A stretch of DNA of 64,000 nt from Oculina patagonica (GCF_052425735.1 NC_135759.1:46128001-46192000), one strand, 5' to 3'. Shown: positions 34,011-46,246, numbered from the stretch's first letter. Made by a program: numbers and translations. Notes: generated by a model not told the origin, from the sequence alone.

Positions 34011-34217
34011 TGGGAAGCGCGGTAAAGGCCCAATGGTTGGCGCGCGGGACTCCAGATCGAGCGGGTAGAGTTTAAGCCCCGGCCGGGGTCACTGCGTTGT
34101 GTTTTTGGGTGCGACGACTACTCTCGTAGGGTTAATCTCTACCCAGCTGTATAAATGGGTACCGACGAATTTAATGCTGGGGGCAACCCTGCGTTGACTA
34201 ACATCCCATCCAGGGGA
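34011..34217 (+). mobile_element. tRNA-derived SINE (family B, Deu/Nin-domain-like core)
   Basis: Degenerate tRNA head followed by CTCTACCCAGCTGTATAAATGGGTACC...AACCCTGCGTTGACTAACATCCCATCCAGGGG; related copies at 56295-56496 (-) and 63385-63485 (-, partial). Confidence 0.75.
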
Positions 34218-34915
34218 AACCACCGGGCCACTTGACCCAAACGCTGGACAAATGCTTTTTTAAAGCAGTTGCAATAGACTACCACTTCTTGTCACCAGTT
34301 CTTTCAAGTGAGTGCGAAAGGAACACAGAATTCACGAAGAATCGCGTGTGTGGAGAGATGCCGGTGTGGTGATTCTTGCAGCTCTTTTCGCAACCAAGAT
34401 GCAGAGGAATATACCTTTGCGGTAAACATTTCTAATAAAGATCAGACTTCAGGCCATTGAATTGCTTTATGTATTTTATTGGCTTGCTAAAGTAAATGTA
34501 CAATGTATTTTGAATAAAATGCATTAAAAAACATTTTGCCGTAGCGACAAGTAACATTAAAGCAGTGGCAAATCCAGTGCTGGAGCTCTGGGGAATCGAA
34601 CCAAGCCTTTTCGGTGAAAAGCGAGGCCCGAAAGGTAAAACTGAGCATCTCCAATAAGGAATTGGAAATCTGGAGTCCACTGTAGCTAGAATTCTCTACT
34701 ATACTATCCCCATGGCTAACAACAATTAAGCTGAAACGTAAAGGCTTCTTTTGTTAAGCGTCCCAATAATTATGACACTTTCAGTGATTAACCGACGGTG
34801 ATGAAATTTACTTTTGCTACTAAGCTGAAATTTTTACTAACATTTTTAAAATAATCCCTGCCTACTGAAGTTATCAGTATACAACTATAATGAAAAAATA
34901 TTTCTTCATCAAATT

Positions 34916-37873
34916 TTAAATTTCCTTGTGACACCAGTACATATACAATTTAAAAGTAATATTCTCCAATGCAATACCTGTTTCTGTAAAGTGCTTTTTC
35001 ATTAGCTCATTAAAAAGTTCATGGAAAGCCTTCTTATCACTTTCACTACCACCAGCTATTATTGAATAAGAAGCAAAATGGTTATAGGCATGATCAAAAG
35101 AACTGATCGGGAAGCAATGTTCAAAACCTATACATTCTTCTGGGCTGTTAAATAAACGTCCTGAGAGAAGGTTGAACACTTTTTTCCACTCTTCGCGATG
35201 AGGAAAAACAAGAGAATTTTCGTTATCTAAATGATTAAGAAAATCGTTAAGGTGTTTTTGCCATGGTATGGATAAGTCTAATATTTTCCACATCATTCCA
35301 AATGAGCCATTTGGAACCAGTACCCGGTAGATCTCCTCCAGAGCTGTGCGGTTTGTGAACCAGTGGAAGCTTTGAGCAGCAATCACAACATCCACACTTG
35401 AATCAGGAAGTGCTATCAAAATTGAAACAGAGACATATGATTAATCAAAAAAATACCCATCATAGATGAGCTAGTGAAAGTGTAGCCCCTGTGAAAAAAT
35501 TATAGAGAAAAACACACAAAAAAACAACAACAATAAAAACAAGGCCACTAACAAGGAGCAACATCACTGCTTAGACAAAAAATTATCCCCATGCACCTCA
35601 CCCAACCCACCCATCACCCCACCCCACCAAAAGGCACAACTTTATGTCTTGAAAAAGAATTTAGCAGCTGATGTCAATTTGTGCTGATAATTTTTAGGAA
35701 ATGAAAATAGGGAGGCAAGCATGGCCGAGTGGTTAAATGTTGTAATCTGGAGGTCCCCGGTTCAAGACCTCCCCTTGCCACTATCTGGATTTGTTTCTCG
35801 GTTGTCCTGAGTTCAAATCCTCGACCACGCTTTGTATATAGCCAACTGGTTTGCCTCCTGCCAGTTGGGATTTTTAACCTTGTTATGTTTTTTTAAAAAA
35901 TATTTGTTTCCTCTGTTTCAGTGGCATGCCAGCCCTGTAAACTAGCTATCTTGTTGAGATATGAAGCTAAGTGCATGACCACTATAAACATATATTTATT
36001 TATTTTTTTATATGAATGGTGGAGATAAACAAGCATTGACATGCTCCTTACTGTGCGCCCACCAATAGGACATTTCCAAGTTTGATCCCTTTGCATCTGT
36101 TTTTCAAATGAGTCTACGTGTGAAACCATTTAAATAAAATGGAGTTTGATTTGCATGAAAATGGATCTGTAGGTAAAACACATTTTCATATGAATGGTTT
36201 TGCACGTAGACTCGTTTTGAAATAGAGGCAAAGGGAAACTCGGAAATGGCCTATTGTTTTGGTCTGTAAGTACTTGGTAATTGTTAGGCCCCTACCTTTT
36301 TTCCAACCAATATTAAGCCCGAAAATATGCCAAAAATCCCCCCCCCCCCCCACTTTCAAGAAAAGGTCAACTCTCACTCTGTGCTCCTCTTGAGGCCCTG
36401 TTAGGGTAAATTCCGACAGGCGACACGGCTCTGAAACGGCGCCATGAAGGAGCTGAAATGACGATGAATGACGAGATGCTACCGTGATATTACGACATCG
36501 ACAAAGAAAAAAGCAAAATCGACAGCGACATTGGCACTTTTTTAAGCGACTTGTAGGCAAAAATAGCCTTTGCAGCTTTACCCTTTTGTGTTCCCATCTT
36601 GCAGTTTGTAAAGACCTCTCTTAGTTCCTTGCCCCCTGGTGGGGGATAGGGCCGGACATCAATGTTCGCCATCTGTCCCTATTCTTGGCCACAGCTGCTG
36701 CTGCAGCCCACGATGTTAGTCCCAGCTCAGCGCGTTAAAAAGACCATTCCACTTAAATTGAACGAATGCAATCTTATGCTCTGACAGTTCATTTTTAGGC
36801 TGCTTAAGTTAAGTAACTACATAACGATCAATCATCCTGAAAATACTTCACTCCATGTTCTCTTTGTACCCGCTCAGAATAAAGGAAAACATGTCTTAGC
36901 AACTACAGTTTTTCAAAATTTTCTGGGGGAGCATGCCCCCACACCCCCCTAGCAAGTTGTCTTATTCAGCGTCACACAAAAACGCTACACTGTCTCAAAA
37001 CAGAGTCAAAATCTCACTCTGTGCCAACAAATTCAATTGAGAGATCCATGAATAGATAATATTTTGGAGACAGAATTACGAACACGCATTATTTTGTGTT
37101 ATGCACTCCGAACTCAAACATTTCCAGTGGCTATGGACGAATTGAAATTCTGACAGCGACATGCGAACCGTTTGAAATTGCGATGTGAAAAGGTTTGAAA
37201 TTCAGACGGGGGACATAAAGACCCCCCCCCCTAACAGGGCCTCCCTCTTCTCCCCCTACCGTCCAACATAAAGGGGAAGAAACGGCCCCTCTACCTTCTC
37301 TCCCCCCCCCCCCCCCCTCCTTTGAGCACCTTCTAATCAACAGCGTAGCTCAGTGGTTACGGCACCCGGAGTGTTGGAGGATTATGGGTTCTGCTACCGC
37401 AGGGACTCTAAATATTATTGCCTCTAAAGTCTCATGAAAAAAAAAAAACTACCCTGGGTGCCAGAGGCTTTTCATTCGCGGTTTCCGGTTTCGGTTAAGT
37501 CCTCTGGTGCACAGGGTGAATGAAAACAATTTTACTTACGTATTTGCTCGGCAGCGCATTGGATAATTTCCGTATCAGGTACCACCAGTTTAAATTGGTC
37601 GCACATGCTCTGCATAGGATCGCTCGCTATCACTCGAACATTCTTGCCCGTCAACACTTCTACCATTACTCGAGTGAATTTCCCCGTTCCACAACCGAGT
37701 TCCAAGATCGTGAATGGCCGATCTCTTGTACTGTTCGACGAGTCATTGTCCTTTACACCAAGTTTCTGTAACAGAAACTCCACTGCCTCTACAGCATATC
37801 CTGATCGAACATGCTCGTAGTTTGTAGCTGAAGCAAAAGCTCTTTGCGCGACAATAGAAACTGTTTCGCTCAT
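34916..37873 (-). CDS. Class I SAM-dependent methyltransferase (Methyltransf_11-like), ~276 aa, 2 exons
   Basis: Exon 1 37873-37540 (motif I 'ILELGCGTGKFT', 'VIASDP') joins in phase to exon 2 35412-34916 ('PLPDSSVDVVIAAQSFHWF...EIYRVLVPNG'); 831 nt. Confidence 0.9.
35710..35892 (+). mobile_element. tRNA-derived SINE (family A), second copy, in the methyltransferase intron
   Basis: GGGAGGCAAGCATGGCCGAGTGGTTA...GGTTCAAG...GCCTCCTGCCAGTTGGGATTTTTAACCTTGTTATG, closely matching 21300-21498. Confidence 0.85.
36392..37243. mobile_element. MITE with GAGGCCCTGTTAGGG TIRs
   Basis: GAGGCCCTGTTAGGG...CCCTAACAGGGCCTC; CCTCTT duplicated at 36386-36391 and 37244-37249. Confidence 0.75.
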
Positions 37874-38214
37874 AATGATTAGAGAGAGAGTCACGAGATC
37901 ACCGAAACATTTCATTGCAGCTTACATGACGGTCACAGTGAAAAAGCATCGTTCCCAGTCTTTCTTACCGAGTTTGGCGTCGTTCAAGCTTCTCTTTCTT
38001 GAAATCTTCTTTGTTGGACAGGTTAAGTTTACTAATCCTGCTTCATCGAGCGCTGTGTCCTCGGATTTGTACCTCAGACGTAACTATAACCTTCATTATT
38101 GTTCTTTTTATGTTTTTATATTGCATTTTAGGAGGATGAGCAGTTCTCCCAAGCATAAATATGTCTTATGTCAAAGACAGTTTTGCTTACATCATGAAAA
38201 GCTGTTTGTTAGTT

Positions 38215-38526
38215 GAGCCTCTCTATGGGTATTTTCGAAGAAATCGAAGACGCGAAGATCACTGCGGCAAATCGAAGATCTCAAGATTGAAGCGAAGATC
38301 TGAAATTGACCAAAATTCGCGTGATCAAATTGAACACTCAGATATAAAACTGTCAAAGCTAGTAAACACCACAGAAAATATCTGCAATTCCTGATTTTTT
38401 AATTTGACCACATTTCACGAAAAAAAAACGAACGAATATAAAACGAAGATCTGCTTTAAAAAGAACGAAGATTTGCAAAAAAAATTGCGAAGAAAACGAA
38501 GACCGTGGGTACCCATAGAGAGGCTC
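38215..38526. mobile_element. MITE with GAGCCTCTCTATGGGTA TIRs; interrupted second copy at ~49408-50270
   Basis: Perfect 17-bp TIR; TTAGTT on both flanks; body rich in CGAAGA. The copy at 49408-50270 is split by a pogo MITE. Confidence 0.85.
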
Positions 38527-39492
38527 TTAGTTAGTCTCTGTGACTTGTAGGCTCTGAAAGCTTCTTGTTTGCTGGGTTTTAGTGCATATGATCGACTTAA
38601 GCAAACTTATTTCACGAAGATATTTTGTCAGCGTTTCACGCCAGTACCAACTTTTGGCACCACTTTCGACTTAAATTGGAAAGTCGCTTTCAAATTTTAC
38701 TTTCCATTTCAAAACATGACTCTCTAAAAACAGATTAATATTCGTGGTGAAAAAATGCGGTATATGATACCCAGACTTGCTTGAGTAATCTTTCACAGTA
38801 TTCCACTTTTTAACACAAAGCCATACATATCAAGGTAAAACTTGCTTCCCACTAGACCAGATTAGGCTAGTATTTTGGTTATTTTTTTTTAAGTTTTTAC
38901 TTAAGGAAAAAATGTTATGACAAGTGGTTGAGTGTTAGGGTCGAGCTCCCTTTATTTTCTCATCAGAGCTTCATTTGATCATACAAATGTCCCTGGCAAA
39001 CAGCTTAGTAAGCTTCACAAAAAGGAGCTTTGCTGCGTAGCACTCGATAGTTTCAATAAGTGTTTAATAGACTGTGTTTTTGGAGTGCATGGAGAGTTTT
39101 AAAAACAAACGTTTCAGGGAAACCCCTTCATCAGTGTTGGAACGGTTGAGCTTAGTGTACGTTAAACGTCTTGACACGCAAAAAAGATTCTGTTTAGATG
39201 CTTTCATTTAATGTGTTAACATAAATATAATTAATGCCAATTTTTGAAATTCACAAAATAACAATATGTAACGTTAACTTTTCTATAATAAGGTATGATT
39301 TTTTTGCAGATAAAAAATTGTCTGAAAAAGTATATTAATATTATTATAAAAGTAAAATTATTATTTCATAACTTCTGGTAAGCAATAATAAAATCGCAAA
39401 TTTAAAAAATACGAAAACACTTTTTAAGAACATGTTTCGGCATGACTTATACCATCTTCAGTTTATTGAGATAAATGCTACCTACATATATA

Positions 39493-41321
39493 CCGTATTT
39501 ACCCGTATATTAGTCGATCCCGTGTATAAGTCGACCCCCTATTTTTGAGGCCATAAACTAAGATTTTTTCATTTCTGGGTAACAATTTTTTGGAAAACTA
39601 AACTTGTGTTTCTTAGAATTTCGTTTCAGGTAAAGATACTTAATGAAAAAAACACAGCAAGTTTCAAATATGTGAAGTTTATTATCATGCTTACGCGAGC
39701 ATTTTAGCAACACATGTTTATGCAGGCGTTTTGTCCATTATTTTTTGAAACAGCCTTATAAAATCAAACACACTAATTTCAAACGAACCTTTCTAATTGT
39801 GGAGATATAGTAGCGGCTTTAGAAGACAAGCAAAACACCAAGGAACATCAGAAAACTTTGAAACCCACTTGATAAACAAAGTCAAAGCTTGCTTGGGGAA
39901 CTTGGTAACCAAGCTACAAAATCGGTGAGGTACTGGTAACTGATAACTACACGTGCTTGCATCATGCCAGGTTACTAAGTAGTGAAGTTCGAAGCAAGAA
40001 AGATCATGCATGAAGATGTTTTTCTCGAGTGGATTTACCAGCTTTATTAGTGTCATCATCATTAAAAACGTTTGTATATAAAGGTGATGAACCTTTTTAC
40101 ATGCACGATGAGATAAAAGTAATTTTAAATGGACAAAGCGTTTTAATCAAAACAGTGGTTTCCAAATCTGTCTATAAGGAACTTCGGGATAGAATCATCA
40201 CCCCACCAACTGCTCAAATGAATTTTAATGCGCGATTTATAAATGATGTCTTAGAATGGAAAGAAATCTACGCCTTGCCTTTTCGCGTTGCATTGGATAC
40301 AAAACTGCGTGAATTTCAGACAATATACTTAATAGATGTCTTGTGACAAATATCCTTTTATACAAAATCAACGTCGTACAATCTCAAGCCTGCTCCCTTT
40401 GCGGTGAAATTACTCAAAGAATTTCTGGGCTGAGGTTATCAAATGGCTTGAAAATCTTGACGTAAAGATTAAACAGCTTTCTGACAAAGATATAATGTTT
40501 GTCATTCTAAAGTGCGAGGATGAGTTATTTGTTAACCACATTTTATTAGTCTCCAAACAATATTTATATTCTTGTAGACAAAGTAAATCTTTACCTTCAA
40601 TAAGAGTATTAAACTCGAAGATTACATTGATTTACCAAATAGAGGCAATGATATCAAAATCAAACAATAAGTTGTCAGCTCACAATAAGAAATGGAGCAA
40701 ATATAAAAATAAATTAGTATGCAATCCTGCACCGTTTGCCGCAAATTAATAATAGCATTGTAGAATAACATTTAAAACTGATAAATGAAGTGAGGACTCT
40801 GTGTCAACTCCGATTAATTTTGTAGTATTTGTAGTGTCTGTTATAATTTAGTAATTAAAAGCAGTTTATAGTGTGGTAATTAAAATATTGTATTTTACTA
40901 TATTTTTTGTAGTGTTTGTAAAAGTGTTGTAACTTAAACATTGTATGTATTTTTTAGAAACTAATAAAAATAATTAAAATACAAAAAAAAGCTTTATTAG
41001 TGGAAAATGTCAACTCTTTATTCAAACCTTGTGCCAGTGAGTCTCTACAACATTCAGGTTAATATTAAGCGGATAAATCGCAATGAATTTCGATGTGAAC
41101 TGCCAATTTAACGACACAGATAGCAAAGTGAAAGGACACCGTAACCTGTACTGTTGTTTATTTGATGTTTGTTGACATCTAAAACAATTGTTATGCTAAT
41201 TGCGCAGGATTTATTTAACTGGTGCTTGGGACAAAAATTTTGACCCGTGTATAAGTCGAGGGCGATTTTTTGGACCGATTTTTAGGTGGAAAAAGGTCAA
41301 CTTATACACGGGTAAATACGG
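39493..41321. mobile_element. pogo/Tigger-like MITE carrying a LINE insertion
   Basis: TA|CCGTATTTACCCGT...ACGGGTAAATACGG|TA; subterminal CCCGTGTATAAGTCGA repeats. Confidence 0.85.
40053..40989 (+). mobile_element. 5'-truncated L1/Tx1-like LINE (zf-RVT C-terminus, 3'UTR, poly-A)
   Basis: 'EWKEIYALPFRVALDTKLREFQ', CxxC remnant, 'FVNHILLVSKQYLYSCR..KW'. AATAAA plus A-tail ending 40990. TSD AGCTTTATTAGTG at 40040-40052 and 40990-41002. Confidence 0.9.
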
Positions 41322-41476
41322 TAAGGTTCTCTGCATTTATCTCAATAAACTGAAGATGGCATAAGTCATGCCGAAACATGTTTTTAAAAAAGTGTTTTCG
41401 TATTTTTTAAATTTAAAATTATTATTATAATTGCTAACTTATTTGCTTACAAAAGTTGCAGGAAGTTGAATTAAAG

Positions 41477-42518
41477 ATGTCTCATATACCAGCAAAGATT
41501 GTGCTCAAGAGCACTACAAGCAAGACGCTAAATGATCGGTGAGCAATCCATCATGTACCTTGCTGTACATGGCGTTATAGTACCTTATATCTGGCTTCAT
41601 GCATGCAGTCTTGTTATGGCTACTAGATAAGAGCTTTATAAGCCTCATATAAGTGTCATTAATGACCTTAATACAAGCCATAGAATATCATGGCTACAAT
41701 CCAAGCCATAGAAAAATATTGCTGAGGCATTATGTAGAAATGTTATGGCTAAAAAGTTGGTTAGAATTTGTTTGTTGAGTGAAATGAAATGCATACTTGT
41801 GCAGTGAGTGTGCAATTGCATTGAAGCCAGTCATATAATACAAGGTACAAATTCCTCCTCTCCATCCATCTTCTGAAGCTTCACTGAAATGGCCAAAAAG
41901 CAAATCCGTTCGCCGCCACAAGTTACCATCACTGGAGTCCGAAGCAATCAGTTCCAGATGTCACAAGCCAGCATGAAGAATCGTCGCCTTGCAGCACAGA
42001 TGGCCAACAGACCAGGTGTTCAAGCAGCCCTTGGAGGAAACACATCCAGCCTCAAAAGCCGACTTGGCTCACCGACCAGAGGAAGGGGCATAAATGCTAA
42101 AGGACAGTTGAAAAACCGACTGGGCACTAGTCCAACAGGTGTTGTAGGAAGGACTCGTGGTAGAGGACGTGGTAGTAGTTTTGGTGGTGGGTTTAGACAA
42201 GGAAGAGGTCTTGGTAGTAATATGCGTGGTGGTGTCCGTGGGAAAAGAGGAGGAAGTGGAGTTGTTCGGGGTGGTCGTGGAATGCAAGGTGCTGGTAGAG
42301 GGGCTCGGGGTGGTCGTGGAATGCAAGGTGCTGGTAGAGGGGCTCGTGGTGGTAGAGGGGCAGCTAGGGGTCGTGGTCGGGGACGTGGCAGAGGTGATAA
42401 GCCAGTGTCCAGAGACAAATTGGATGAAGAACTTGATAAATACATGTCCAAAACAAAAAGCCATCTTGATGCTGAACTTGATGAATATATGCAGCATGCA
42501 GAGGAAGACAACGAATAA
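41477..42518 (+). CDS. CHTOP: Chromatin target of PRMT1 (CHTOP/FOP), 233 aa, 2 coding exons
   Basis: Exon 41477-41538 (MSHIPAKIVLKSTTSKTLNDR) splices to 41879-42518 (FTEMAKK...'QASMKNRRLAAQMANRP', RG/RGG-rich region, C-terminal FoP duplication 'LDEELDKYMSKTKSHLDAELDEYM'). A CAG acceptor at 41459-41461 implies an upstream 5'UTR exon. Confidence 0.93.
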
Positions 42519-43101
42519 GGCCTTAGCAAGAAAAAAACACTTGTGAAATTATTGACAGGATTGTATGGCTGTTACGAACTGGACAGATCAGGAGTTATCA
42601 TTTGAGACTTCTGTGTTTTATTACTTCCTCCTGAAGAACTTTGCGCTCGTGGAATTCTTTGTTGCTAAGAACAGACATTTTAGTTGCGTAACAATGCCTC
42701 GTGAAATATTGTTAGTAATGCTTAGTTTGTGTAGCTTGGAGTATTTGAAGTTATTGCTTCGCCAATCACTTTTGTATTTGACATAATTATTTTTAGTCTG
42801 CTGAAGTGCAGTAGAAGTCATGTGGCATCAATCTGTGTATATAATATGTAACATAGGTAATATAACATTTTATGATTACTGTGGTCTTTTTAAAGTGGGA
42901 CCTGCACTATTTAAGACATTTTAAGCAGTGGTAGGTTTTATTAAATAACATGCCTGAGTAACATCACTTAACTTGAGGCAGGAAGTCATTTTTCTTCCAT
43001 TTGACAAATCCACACCTCTTTTATCCTGCTTAGTTTTCATAATACAGTATACCTGTGATAATTGGACCTATTTCTGTCTGAAGGAGCAATACAATAAGAG
43101 T

Positions 43102-43269
43102 AGAATTATTTACTATAAAACAAAAAAAAACTAAAAAATGTTGCGAACAGTGTCATTTTGTGTTGTTTTTCACACTAAAGGAGGGCTATGCCCAAAACGT
43201 TTGTGTAAACAACACAAAATGACACTGTACGCAACATTTTTTTAGTTTTTTGTTTTATAGTACTAATTC
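43102..43269. repeat. Foldback element (~70-bp arms) with a degenerate hammerhead-like centre
   Basis: ACTATAAAACAAAAAA..ATGTTGCG..CAGTGTCATTTTGTGTTGTTT / loop CACTAAAGGAGGGCTATGCCCAAAACGTT / reverse complement. Confidence 0.8.
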
Positions 43270-46246
43270 AGTTGAAAGTGTCACGCATCAACTGGGAATT
43301 TTTTAACCCGCATTTGTCGTAGAATTATTTACCCTATGAAAGAACCATTTAACTAAATGCATTGAATAGTGTAGGTCCCAGTTACAGCAAGTTAATTTTT
43401 TTCTTATATTTATCAGACTTTGAAAGAATGTTTTATCAACATCACTGATTATGTATACGGATCCCAACAGCGGAACAAAAAAAAGTAATTGCATTGCATG
43501 CAAATAGTGCTATATTAAGTGGAAGCAAAACAATGTTATCAAAGTTACCAACAAAATGTTAATTGCATTGTTCGTTACAAGATTTTTTTTTATAAGTCTC
43601 AAGATTGTACATCATTGAGTATTTAACCTCTTCAAATAAGTGCATTAGTCAGATGTATTAAAATTAATATGTTTATTGCAACATTCTTTGTGTCTTGGTA
43701 CAATGATGTGGATGAAAGCATACAGCTCTTGACCCAAACTTTGGTGAATGGTTGTTACGGAAACCAGAATTTGCGAGAGTCTATTTCAAAATCAGTTAGA
43801 CGTTTTGAATTAAACAAAATCACTACACCTTTAAAAAAAAATGCAGACTGCCCAAGTCAATGGTTACATTAATTTTTTTTGCTGCCATCAATCATCTTTG
43901 AGGACCTTTTAGAGAATTGAAGTTCACTTTAACCAGTTCAAAATGTCACCTCTGTCAGTCGTGATTTGTAGATTTTGATTTAAGGTTCGTTGGCTGTCAT
44001 GGCTGCCATAATTATGATTGACGGCAACGAAAAACACAAAGCGTTGGTTGGGTTTTGAACTTCAGGGGTCGCATGTTATTGAAAGGTGCAATAAAAAACA
44101 AAAACGATGGAGGAAACTTGTTTTCAACAAATTATCATTTGATGCTAGGCTTATCAGTTAAGAATGCAACGAGGGAATTTTCCCGCCCAAGTTTTAACAT
44201 TAAAACTGCTGTTGGTCTTGTGCTATTGACATCAGCAGACTGTCGCACTTTTCAGTGATTCAACTTTTGCACTAACAGGACTTCGAACGTCAATAGCATG
44301 AGATGTTGGTCGCCCCTTACAACAGCAGAGTTTTAATGGTAAAACTTTGGTGTGAAACTTGCTTTGTTGCATACTCAACTGATAAGCATAGTATGTATAC
44401 CAGATATGTGTCTGAGAATTTATGGTGATCAGAGCCATTGGTAAAACTCTGAGGAGAATGTTTGCGAACTGAACATATGCATCACAACCTGCATCAAGGC
44501 TTTTTGACTGGGCATAAGTATAAGTGCATAAGACAAACAAACCCCTTATGCTGTCGTCACAAGGAATAGGCACAAGAACAAGAAGACGATCTATTTTTTT
44601 GTACCACATTTATAAGGACAGCATATAAAAAAGCATGACTGCTTTGGTGCTCAAAATACATATGATTGTGGTATATAGGTTTTAAAAGTATTTCAACGCA
44701 AACTTCTGTTAAAATTCTTCCCACTGGTTCACATAAATTCATAATTTTCATTTTCAGAGTTGGGCAATATTTTATATTGGCCAACCCTCCCCTCCCTTTA
44801 GCATGAAGCCTACCAACCCCTTCCCTGGTGCATTCTCATACCTCCCTCCAAGTGCTTTGAGGTTGGGTAAAAAAAAATGCAAGGCTGGTACTACGGCAAA
44901 GGGCTGGTATTTGGACTAGTACCACAAGACTGCTTCAAGGCCAGTGCTATTATGAATGATAAAAGGGTTCTTTTTTTAATTTAAAATTACAACAAAAACG
45001 AAAGTTGTTTTTGTTTCTCTCCCTTAGTGCATAGCCCCGCCGGGAACGGTGTTGCCAGGGATTTACAACCATAAGACATGAATTATGTTCTCACATCTCT
45101 AAGGTTGATGTAAGGTACATATATTTAAGTGAGAACGAGAGGATTAAGTACCTACTTAGAGCTGACAATGAACATACATCAAAAGTAGTAGGTAAATATA
45201 TACATTCAATGTTTCAAAAAAGGAAAGAGCTTCTTAACTTACAAGCACAATGAACATTATAATTTATTTAATTTTTACATATATTGACATTATGAATTGT
45301 ATAAGATTCAAATTTTTGTTATTTCTTAAATGTATTAGTAAATGTTAAAACCTTTGTTGTAAACAGACCAATACCTCCCTTTGGAGAGTAAGGCGCAATA
45401 AAGATATACTATTACTATTACTATTACATTGTTTCATTCTTATATTATGCGCTTTTGCTTATACTCAATGAAAACCATCCAAAACAGTAGATCTTAGGTT
45501 GAGTAGGCCACGTGGCTTGTAGCCTGCGATCAGGCGTTTTAATTTATTTTTTGATGATCTCAGGTTACATTGTGGGAAGTGTACACGTGGGAGGTGTGAT
45601 CGTCTCATGCAATGTGGTCGATCAATTGAACCTGAAACATTAAGCCTGTTCACTGTAAATCAGTTGTTGGTAACAGTTTTCATGTTGCAAGGGGTGGGAA
45701 AGGGGTAAGGAAGTCTGTTGGAGGCCAGGAAAGCGAGGGTAGGAAGTATGGTGCGCAAGAGAAAATGAAAAAGTTACCTTGCATTAATAGAAAAGCGAAA
45801 AGTTGCGAGAACCACTAAGGAACGGCCAGAACCCAGTAAAAGGAACGGGAGGCGGGAAGTTCGGACCCCCTGGCACCCCTCCCAGTCTAAGGCAGTGTCA
45901 CAGAACAGAGAAGACATCAGATTGGCTGGCATCCCGAGCTAACAATAAGAGCCAAGTACCCTAAGAAGAAGGTTTTGTATGGGAACGAAATAATTTTGTT
46001 TTGGGATGTTTCATGAATAAAGTTGACTTGCACTGTTGCTGTGTTATGTTCTTCATTGTTTACCAGCTCCTCAGGTCGATCTGAAGCGATTTCGCTAAGT
46101 TACTGCTTTGCGAAGTTGGCGCCTACAGAGTTTTTTGAAAAAAGTGATTTTAAAGACATTTTTGACAGGTTTTTCGTCAGTTACAAGCTAAATTAGATCC
46201 CCATTGACTCAACAAGCCCTTCTTCGTGCTTCGACCTTTAATTGGT

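Larger units (their letters stand above)
39399..41416. mobile_element. Inverted pair of Penelope-like pLTR fragments (~80-bp arms) enclosing the pogo MITE
   Basis: 39399-39478 is the reverse complement of 41333-41413. Each arm carries CTGAAGA-T-GGYAT-AAGTC-ATGCC-GAAA-CATGTT. Confidence 0.75.

Noticed and set aside
42020-42546. Overlapping Pro-rich, Thr-rich and Val-rich ORFs
   Set aside because: Antisense and alternative-frame shadows of the CHTOP RG-rich exon.
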